Both the position numbers and the translations under genes were made by a program. 64,000 bases of DNA, from positions 124,001 through 188,000 of the forward strand of contig CM075988.1 in assembly GCA_038087875.1 (NCBI GenBank). Reading direction: 5' to 3'. The stretch is from Malacoraja senta (lineage: Eukaryota). Under the pieces are notes generated by a model that was given only the letters and a program-made list of their open reading frames with translations, ran no database searches and was not told the DNA's origin. Numbering within the stretch: the first letter of the stretch is position 1; every line of letters starts with the position of its first letter. This document shows positions 53,201 through 64,000 of the stretch, piece by piece.

Positions 53201-56200
53201 CCGACCACACTCACTCACTCAATCACGGGACACACTCACTCACTCACTCAACAACCACACTCACTCACTATCTCACTCACCGGCCACACTCACTCACGGG
53301 CCACACTCACTCACTCACGGGCCACACTCAGTCACTCACTCACGGGCCACACTCACTCACTCACGGGCCACACTCACTCACTCACGGGCCACACTCAGTC
53401 ACTCACTCACGGGCCACACTCACTCACTCACTCACGGGCCACACTCACTCACGGGCCACACTCAGTCACTCACTCACTGGCCTCACTCACTCACGGGCCA
53501 CACTCACTCACGGGCCACACTCAGTCACTCACTCACGGGCCACACTCACTCACTCACGGGCCACACTCACTCACTCATGGGCCACACTCACTCACTCACG
53601 GGCCACACTCACTCACGGGCCACACTCACTCACTCACTCACTCACGGGCCACACTCACTCACTCATTCACGGGCCACACTGAATCACTCACTCACCGGCC
53701 ACACTCACTCACTCACACTCACCTGCCACACTCACTCACACTCACCGGCCACACTCACTCGCACACTCACGGGCCACACTCACTCACTCACGGGCCACAC
53801 TCACTCATTCACTCATTCTCTGGCGACACTCATTCACTGGCCACACTCACTCATTCACTCATGGGCCACACTCACTCACCGGCCACACTCACTCACTCAC
53901 GGGCCACACTCACTCACGGGCCACACTCACTCACTCACGGGCCACACTCAGTCACTCACTCACGGGCCACACTCACTCACTCATGGGCCACACTCACTCA
54001 CTCATGGGCCTCACTCACTCACCGGCCACACTCACTCACCGGCTACACTCACTCACCGGCCACACTCACTCACTCACTCACCAGCCACACTCACTCACTC
54101 ACCGGCCACTCACTCACTCACCGGCCACACTCACTCACTCATGGACCTCATTCACTCACTCATGGGCCACACTCACTCACTCCACTCGCTGGCCTCATTC
54201 ACTCACTCACACACGGGCCACACTCACTCACTCATTCACACACCGGCCACACTCACTCACTCACCGGCCACACTGACTCACTCATCGGCCACACTCACTC
54301 ACTCATCGACCACACTCACTCAATCACAGGACACACTCACTCACTCACAGGCCACACTCACTCACTGGCCACACTCACTCACTCACCGGCCACACTCACT
54401 CACCGGCCACACTCACTCACTCACCGACCACACTCACTCACTCAATCACAGGACACACTCACTCACTCACTCACAGGCCACACTCATTCACTCACCGGCC
54501 ACACACACACTCACTCACTCACCGGCCACACTCACTCACTCACTGGCCACACTCACTCACCGGCCGCACTCACTCACTCACCGGCCACACTCACTCACTC
54601 ACGGGCCACACTCACTCACTCACGGGCCACACTCAGTCACTCACTCACGGGCCACACTCACTCACTCACTCACGGGCCACACTCACTCACTCATGGGCCA
54701 CACTCACTCACTCACGGGCCACACTCACTCACTCACGGGCCACACTCACTCACTCACTCACTCACGGGCCACACTCACACTCATTCACGGGCCACACTGA
54801 ATCACTCACTCACCGGCCACACTCACTCACTCACACTCACCTGCCACACTCACTCACTCCCACTCACCGGCCACACTCACTCACACACTCACGGGCCACA
54901 CTCACTCACTCACGGGCCTCACTCACTCATTCACTCATTCTCTGGCGACACTCATTCACTGGCCACACTCACTCATTCACTCATGGGCCACACTCACTCA
55001 CCAGCCACACTCACTCATGGGCCACACTCACTCACGGGCCACACTCACTCACTCACGGGCCACACTCAGTCACTCACTCACGGGCCACACTCACTCACTC
55101 ATGGGCCACACTCACTCACTCACGGGCCTCACTCACTCACTGGCCACACTCACTCACTCACCGGCCACACTCACTCACCGGCCACACTCACTCACCAGCC
55201 ACACTCACTCACTCACCGGCCACTCACTCACTCACCGGCCACACTCACTCACTCATGGACCACATTCACTCACTCACAGGCCACACTCACTCACTCCACT
55301 CGCTGGCCTCATTCACTCACTCACACACGGGCCACACTCACTCACTCATTCACACACCGGCCACACTCACTCACTCACCGGCCACACTGACTCACTCACC
55401 GGCCACACTCACTCACTCATCGACCACACTCACTCACTCAATCACAGGACACTCTCACTCACTCACAGGCGACACTCACTCACTGGCCGCACTCACTCAC
55501 TCACTCACCGGCCACACTCATTCACCGGCCACACTCACTCACCGGCCACACTCACTCACCGGCCACACTCACTCACTCACTCACTCACTCACCGGCCACA
55601 CTCACTCAACCACCAGCCACATTCACTCACTCACTCACACACCGGCCTCACTCACTCACACACCGGCCACACTCACTCACTCACTCACTGGCCACACTCA
55701 CACTCACTCACGGGCCACACTCACTCACCCACTCACAAGCCACACTCACTCACCGGCCACACTCACTCACTCACCGGCCACACTCACTCACTCACCGGCC
55801 ACACTCACTCACTCACCGGCCACACTCACTCACTCACCGGCCACACTCACCGGCCACACTCACTCACTCACACACCGACCACACTCACTCACTCAATCAC
55901 ACTCACTCACTCACTCACAGGCCACACTCATTCACTCATCGGCCACACACACACTCACTCACTCACCGGCCACACTCACTCATTCACTGGCCACACTCAC
56001 TCACTGGCCACACTCACTCATTCGCCAGCCACACTCATTCACTCACAGGCCACACTCACTCACACACACCAGCCACACTCACTCACTCACCAGCCACACA
56101 CTCACGGGCCACACTCACACACTCACACACACCGGCCACACTCACTCACCAGCCACACTCACTCCACTCGCTGGCCTCATTCACTCACTCACACACGGGC

Positions 56201-59200
56201 CACACTCACTCACTCATTCACACACCGGCCACACTCACTCACTCACCGGCCACACTGACTCACTCACCGGCCACACTCACTCACTCATCGACCACACTCA
56301 CTCACTCAATCACAGGACACTCTCACTCACTCACAGGCGACACTCACTCACTGGCCGCACTCACTCACTCACTCACCGGCCACACTCATTCACCGGCCAC
56401 ACTCACTCACCGGCCACACTCACTCACCGGCCACACTCACTCACTCACTCACTCACTCACCGGCCACACTCACTCACCCACCAGCCACATTCACTCACTC
56501 ACTCACACACCGGCCTCACTCACTCACACACCGGCCACACTCACTCACTCACTCACTGGCCACACTCACACTCACTCACGGGCCACACTCACTCACCCAC
56601 TCACAAGCCACACTCACTCACCGGCCACACTCACTCACTCACCGGCCACACTCACTCACTCACCGGCCACACTCACTCACTCACCGGCCACACTCACTCA
56701 CTCACACACCGACCACACTCACTCACTCAATCACACTCACTCACTCACTCACAGGCCACACTCATTCACTCATCGGCCACACACACACTCACTCACTCAC
56801 CGGCCACACTCACTCATTCACTGGCCACACTCACTCACTGGCCACACTCACTCATTCGCCGGCCACACTCATTCACTCACAGGCCACACTCACTCACACA
56901 CACCAGCCACACTCACTCACTCACCAGCCACACACTCACGGGCCACACTCACACACACCGGCCACACTCACTCACCAGCCACACTCACTCACCGGCCGCA
57001 CTCACTCACCCACCGGCCACACTCACTCACCGGCCACACTCACCGGCCACACTCACTCACTCACTCACGGGCCACACTCAGTCACTCACTCACTGGCCAC
57101 ACTCACTCACTCACGGGCCACACTCACTCACGGGCCACACTCAGTCACTCACTCACGGGCCACACTCACTCACTCACGGGCCACACTCACTCACTCATGG
57201 GCCACACTCACTCACGGGCCACACTCACTCACTCACGGGCCACACTCACTCACTCACTCACTCACGGGCCACACTCACTCACTCATTCACGGGCCACACT
57301 GAATCACTCACTCACCGGCCACACTCACTCACTCACACTCACCTGCCACACTCACGGGCCACACTCACTCACTCACGGGCCACACTCACTCATTCTCTGG
57401 CGACACTCATTCACTGGCCACACTCACTCATTCACTCATGGGCCACACTCACTCTCCGGCCACACTCACTCACTCACGGGCCACACTCACTCACGGGCCA
57501 CACTCACTCACTCACGGGCCACACTCAGTCACTCACTCACGGGCCACACTCACTCACTCATGGGCCACACTCACTCACTCACGGGCCTCACTCACTCACT
57601 CACCAGCCACACTCACTCACTCACGGGCCACACTCACTCACTCACTCACAGGCCACACTCACTCATTCACGGGCCACACTGAATCACTCACTCACCGGCC
57701 ACACTCACTCACTCACACTCACCTGCCACACTCACACTCACACTCACCGGCCACACTCACTCACACACTCACGGGCCACACTCACTCACTCACGGGCCAC
57801 ACTCACTCATTCACTCATTCTCTGGCCACACTCACTCACTGGCCACACTCACTCATTCACTCATGGGCCACACTCACTCACCGGCCACACTCACTCACGG
57901 GCCACACTCACTCACGGGCCACACTCACTCACGGGCCAAACTCACTCACTCACGGGCCACACTCACCAGCCACACTGACTCACTCACCGGCCACACTGAC
58001 TCACTCATCGACCGCACTCACTCAATCACAGGACACACTCACTCACAGGCCACACTCACTCACTCACTCACCGGCCACACTCACTCACTCACCGGCCACA
58101 CTCACTCACTCACCGACCACACTCACTCACTCAATCACAGGACACACTCACTCACTCACTCACAGGCCACACTCATTCACTCATCGGCCACACACACACT
58201 CACTCACCGGCCACACTCACTCATTCACTGGCCACACTCACTCACAGGCCACACTCACTCATTCGCCGGCCACACTCATTCACTCACAGGCCACACTCAC
58301 TCACACACACCAGCCACACTCACTCACTCACCGGCCACACACTCACGGGCCACACTCACACACTCACACACACACCGGCCACACTCACTCACCGGCCGCA
58401 CTCACTCACCCACCGGCCACACTCACTCACCGGCCACACTCACCGGCCACACTCACTCACTCACTCACTGGCCACACTCACTCACCGGCCACACTCACTC
58501 ACTCACCGACCACACTCACTCACTCACCGGCCACACTCATTCACCGGCCACACTCACTCACTCACCGGCCGCACTCACTCACCTGCCACACTCACTCACT
58601 CACCGGCCACACTCACTCACTCACCGGCCACACTCACTCACTCACCGGCCACACTCACTCACCGGCCACACTCACTCACTCACCGGCCACACTCACTCAC
58701 TCACCGGCCACACTCACTCACTCACCGGCCACTCACTCACTCACTGGCCACACTGACTCATTCACTCACTGGCCACACACTCACCGGCCACACTCACTCA
58801 CTCACTCACCGGCCTCACTCACTCACTCACTCACCGGCCACACTCACTCACCGGCCACACTCACTCACTCACCGGCCACACTCACTCACCGGCCACACTC
58901 ACTCACCGGCCACACTCACTCACTCACTCATCGGCCACACTCACTCAACCACCAGCCACATTCACTCACTCACTCACACACCGGCCACACTCACTCACTC
59001 ACTCACTGGCCACACTCACACTCACTCACTGGCCACACTCACTCACCCACTCACAGGCCACACTCACTCACCGGCCACACTCACTCACTCACCGGCCACA
59101 CTCACTCACGCACTCACCGGCCACACTCACTCACCAGCCACACTCACTCACCGGCCACACTCACTCACTCAACGGCCACACTCACTCACTCATGGGCCAC

Positions 59201-62123
59201 ACTCACTCACTCATGGGCCACACTCACTCACTCACGGGCCACACTCACTGGCCACACTCACTCACATGGGCCTCACTCACTCACTCACTCACCAGCCACA
59301 CTCACTCACTCACTCACCGGCCACACTCACTCACTTACTCACCGGCCACACTCACTCACTCAAACGGGCCTCACTCACTCACTCACTCACCGGCCACACT
59401 CACTCACTCACCGACCTCACTCACTCACAGGACACACTCACTCACTCACTCACCGGCCTCACTCACTCACGGGCCACACTCACTCACTCACGGGCCACAC
59501 TCACTCATTCACGGGCCACACTCACTCACTCACTCACGGGCCACACTCACTCACTCAACAACCACACTCACTCACTATCTCACTCACCGGCCACACTCAC
59601 TCACGGGCCACACTCACTCACTCACGGGCCACACTCAGTCACTCACTCACGGGCCACACTCACTCACTCACGGGCCACACTCACTCACGGGCCACACTCA
59701 CTCACTCACGGGCCACACTCAGTCACTCACTCACGGGCCACACTCACTCACTCACGGGCCACACTCAGTCACTCACTCACCGGCCAGACTCACTCACTCA
59801 CGGGCCACACTCACTCACGGGCCACACTCAGTCACTCACTCACGGGCCACACTCACTCACTCACGGGCCACACTCACTCACTCATGGGCCACACTCACTC
59901 ACTCACGGGCCACACTGAATCACTCACTCACCGGCCACACTCACTCACTCACTCACTCACGGGCCACACTCACTCACTCACACTCACCGGCCACACTCAC
60001 TCACACACTCACGGGCCACACTCACTCACTCACGGGCCACACTCACTCATTCACTCATTCTCTGGTGACACTCATTCACTGGCCACACTCACTCATTCAC
60101 TCATGGGCCACACTCACTCACCGGCCACACTCACTCACTCACGGGCCTCACTCACTCACTGGCCACACTCACTCACTCACCGGCCACACTCACTCACCGG
60201 CTACACTCACTCACCGGCCTCACTCACTCACCAGCCACACTCACTCACTCACCGGCCACTCACTCACTCACCGGCCACACTCACTCACTCATGGACCTCA
60301 TTCACTCACTCGTGGGCCACACTCACTCACTCCACTCGCTCGCCTCATTCACTCACTCACACACGGGCCACACTCACTCACTCATTCACTCACCGGCCAC
60401 ACTGACTCACTCACCGGCCACACTGACTCACTCACCGGCCACACTCACTCACTCATCGACCACACTCACTCAATCACAGGACACTCACTCACTCACAGGC
60501 CACACTCACTCACCGGCCACACTCACTCACTCACTCACCGGCCACACTCACTCACCGGCCACACTCACTCACTCACCGACCACACTCACTCACTCAATCA
60601 CGGGACACACTCACTCACTCACTCAACAACCACACTCACTCACTATCTCACTCACCGGCCACACTCACTCACGGGCCACACTCACTCACTCACGGGCCAC
60701 ACTCAGTCACTCACTCACGGGCCACACTCACTCACTCACGGGCCACACACTCACTCACGGGCCACACTCAGTCACTCACTCACGGGCCACACTCACTCAC
60801 TCACGGGCCACACTCACTCACGGGCCACACTCAGTCACTCACTCACTGGCCACACTCACTCACTCACGGGCCACACTCACTCACGGGCCACACTCAGTCA
60901 CTCACTCACGGGCCACACTCACTCACTCACTCACGGGCCACACTCACTCACTCATGGGCCACACTCACTCACTCACGGGCCACACTCACTCACTCACGGG
61001 CCACACTCACTCACTCACTCACTCACGGGCCACACTCACTCATTCACGGGCCACACTGAATCACTCACTCACCGGCCACACTCACTCACTCACACTCACC
61101 TGCCACACTCACTCACTCACACTCACCGGCCACACTCACTCACACACTCACGGGCCACACTCACTCACGGGCCACACTCACTCATTCACTCATTCTCTGG
61201 CGACACTCATTCACTGGCCACACTCACTCATTCACTCATGGGCCACACTCACTCACCGGCCACACTCACTCACTCACGGGCCACACTCACTCACGGGCCA
61301 CACTCACTCACTCACGGGCCACACTCAGTCACTCACTCACGGGCCACACTCACTCACTCATGGGCCACACTCACTCACTCACGGGCCTCACTCACTCACC
61401 GGCCACACTCACTCACCGGCTACACTCACTCACCGGCCACACTCACTCACTCACCAGCCACACTCACTCACTCACCGGCCACTCACTCACTCACCGGCCA
61501 CACTCACTCACTCATGGACCTCATTCACTCACTCATGGGCCACACTCACTCCACTCGCTGGCCTCATTCACTCACTCACACACGGGCCACACTCACTCAC
61601 TCATTCACACACCGGCCACACTCACTCACTCACCGGCCACACTGACTCACTCACCGGCCACACTCACTCACTCATCGACCACACTCACTCAATCACAGGA
61701 CACACTCACTCACTCACAGGCCACACTCACTCACTGGCCACACTCACTCACTCACCGGCCACACTCACTCACCGGCCACACTCACTCACTCACCGACCAC
61801 ACTCACTCACTCAATCACAGGACACACTCACTCACAGGCCACACTCATTCACTCACCGGCCACACACACACACTCACTCACTCACCGGCCACACTCACTC
61901 ACTCACTGGCCACACTCACTCACCGGCCGCACTCACTCACTCACCGGCCACACTCACTCACTCACGGGCCACACTCACTCACTCTCGGGCCACACTCAGT
62001 CACTCACTCACGGGCCACACTCACTCACTCACTCACGGGCCACACTCACTCACTCATGGGCCACACTCACTCACTCATGGGCCACACTCACTCACTCACG
62101 GGCCACACTCACTCACTCATGGG
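32202..62123 (+). repeat. Compound satellite (CACT)2-6 + CAC(C/G)GGCCA; modal unit 21 bp (GGCCACACTCACTCACTCAC[C/G]), variants differing by 4 bp
   Basis: Continuous for about 29.9 kb between two gaps. The + strand is C/A-rich, there is a GGCC in most units, and no TE interruptions were seen. Confidence 0.98.
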
Positions 62124-62323
62124 NNNNNNNNNNNNNNNNNNNNNNNNNNNNNNNNNNNNNNNNNNNNNNNNNNNNNNNNNNNNNNNNNNNNNNNNNNNNN
62201 NNNNNNNNNNNNNNNNNNNNNNNNNNNNNNNNNNNNNNNNNNNNNNNNNNNNNNNNNNNNNNNNNNNNNNNNNNNNNNNNNNNNNNNNNNNNNNNNNNNN
62301 NNNNNNNNNNNNNNNNNNNNNNN
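62124..62323. other. Assembly gap (200 N)
   Basis: Run of N. Confidence 1.
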
Positions 62324-64000
62324 GTGAGTGAGTGAGTGAGTGAGTGAGTGAGTGAGTAAGTGAGTGAGTGATGCCGGTGTGTGAGTGAGTGAATGTGGCC
62401 GGTGCGTGAGTGAGTGAGTGTGGCCGGGGAGTGTGGCCGGTGAGTGAGTGAGTGTGGCCAGTGAGTTACTGAGTGAGTGAGTGTGGCTGGTGAGTGAGTG
62501 AGTGTGGCCGGTGAGTGAGTGAGTGAGTTAGTGAGTGTGGCCGGTGAGTGAGTGAGTGTGGCCCGTGAGTGAGTGTGAGTGAGTGTGGCCCATGAGTGAG
62601 TGTGTGTGGCCCGTGAGTGAGTGAGTGTGGTCGGTGAGTGAGTGTAGCCCGTGAGTGAGTGAGTGAGTGAGTGTGGTCGGTGAGCGAGTGAGTGAGTGTG
62701 ACCGGTGAGTGAGTGTGGCCCATGAGTGAGTGTGACCCGTGAGTGAGTGTGAGTGAGTGAGTGAGTGAGTGAGTGAGTGAGTGAGTGAGTGAGTGAGTGA
62801 GTGAGTGAGTGAGTGAGTGAGTGAGTGAGTGAGTGAGTGAGTGAGTGAGTGAGTGAGTGATGCCGGTGTGTGAGTGAGTGAATGTGGCCGGTGCGTGAGT
62901 GAGTGAGTGTGGCCGGTGAGTGAGTGAGTGCGGCCGGTGAGCTACTGAGTGAGTGAGTATGGCTGGTGAGTGAGTGAGTGAGTTAGTGAGTGTGGCCGGT
63001 GAGTGAGAGAGTGTGGCCCGTGAGTGAGTGTGGCCCGTGAGTGAGTGAGTGAGTGAGTGAGTGAGTGAGTGAGTGAGTGAGTGAGTGAGTGAGTGAGTGA
63101 GTGAGTGAGTGAGTGAGTGAGTGAGTGAGTGAGTGAGTGAGTGAGTGAGTGAGTGCGTGAGTGTGGCCCGTGAATGAGTGTGATTGAGTGTGGCCCGTGA
63201 GTGAGTGAGTGAGTGAGTGAGTGAGTGAGTGAGTGAGTGAGTGAGTGAGTGAGTGAGTGAGTGAGTGAGTGAATGAGTGAGTGAGTGAGTGAGTCAGTGT
63301 GGCCCGTGAATGAGTGAGTGATTGAGTGTGGCCCGTGAGTGAGTGTGAGTGAGTGTGGCCCATGAGTGAGTATGTGTGGCCCATGAGTGAGTGAGTGTGG
63401 CCGGTGAGTGAGTGTAGCCCGTGAGTGAGTGAGTGAGTGAGTGTGGTCGGTGAGCGAGTGAGTGAGTGTGACCGGTGAGTGAGTGTGGCCCATGAGTGAG
63501 TGTGACCCGTGAGTGAGTGTGAGTGAGTGAGTGAGTGAGTGAGTGAGTGAGTGAGTGAGTGAGTGAGTGAGTGAGTGAGTGAGTGAGTGAGTGAGTGAGT
63601 GAGTGATGCCGGTGTGTGAGTGAGTGAATGTGGCCGGTGCATGAGTGAGTGAGTGTGGCCGGTGAGTGTGGCCGGTGAGTGAGTGAGTGCGGCCGGTGAG
63701 TTACTGAGTGAGTGAGTGTGGCTGGTGAGTGAGTGAGTGTGGCCGGTGAGTGAGTGAGTGAGTTAGTGAGTGTGGCCGGTGAGTGAGTGAGTGTGGCCCG
63801 TGAGTGAGTGTGGCCCGTGAGTGAGTGAGTGAGTGAGTGAGTGAGTGAGTGAGTGAGTGAGTGAGTGAGTGAGTGAGTGAGTGAGTGAGTGAGTGAGTGA
63901 GTGAGTGCGTGAGTGAGTGAGTGAGTGTGGCCCGTGAATGAGTGTGATTGAGTGTGGCCCGTGAGTGAGTGTGTGTGAGTGTGGCCCGTGAGTGAGTGTG
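62324..64000 (-). repeat. Same satellite family in inverted orientation, with long pure (GAGT)n runs
   Basis: GTGAGTGAGTGTGGCC(G/C)GT units. Pure GAGT runs of about 100 bp at about 62749-62858 and 63037-63153. Confidence 0.97.

Noticed and set aside
32454..62331. Very long ORFs (up to 2589 aa) rich in H/T/S/L/G/P
   Set aside because: They are translations of a stop-poor satellite, open in all three + frames. The 4-bp unit changes constantly shift frame, so there is no coding constraint.
32202..64000. CRISPR-like or telomeric array
   Set aside because: No unique spacers, no cas genes and a vertebrate context. The unit is not TTAGGG.

Overview
Repeat-saturated vertebrate DNA. The HE1-like tRNA/V-domain SINEs and CR1 LINEs with (CTATGTTT)n/(GACAATA)n tails suggest a cartilaginous fish, probably a skate or ray (inference). 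Bases 1-32,001 are nested transposable elements: a near-intact IR/DR Tc1 (DD34E, one frameshift); CR1, Rex1/Babar and L2 LINE pieces; a Penelope GIY-YIG fragment plus many hammerhead-ribozyme-like Penelope termini; Harbinger-like and hAT-like MITEs; and two back-to-back non-autonomous Helitrons. A ~6.85 kb tandem duplication appears to have arisen by unequal crossover between two CR1 copies. The only host-gene signal is one exon (ATG 24898, donor after 25174) encoding a divergent HHEX-like N-terminus with the exact HPTPFYIEDILGR eh1 motif. I found no homeodomain exon in the window. Bases 32,202-64,000 are a ~31.6 kb (CACT)n-GGCCA compound satellite with higher-order duplications, whose orientation flips across an assembly gap. 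The very long His/Thr/Ser/Leu ORFs there are artefacts. There are three 200-N gaps. All identifications are by eye and from remembered family motifs; no database searches were run.
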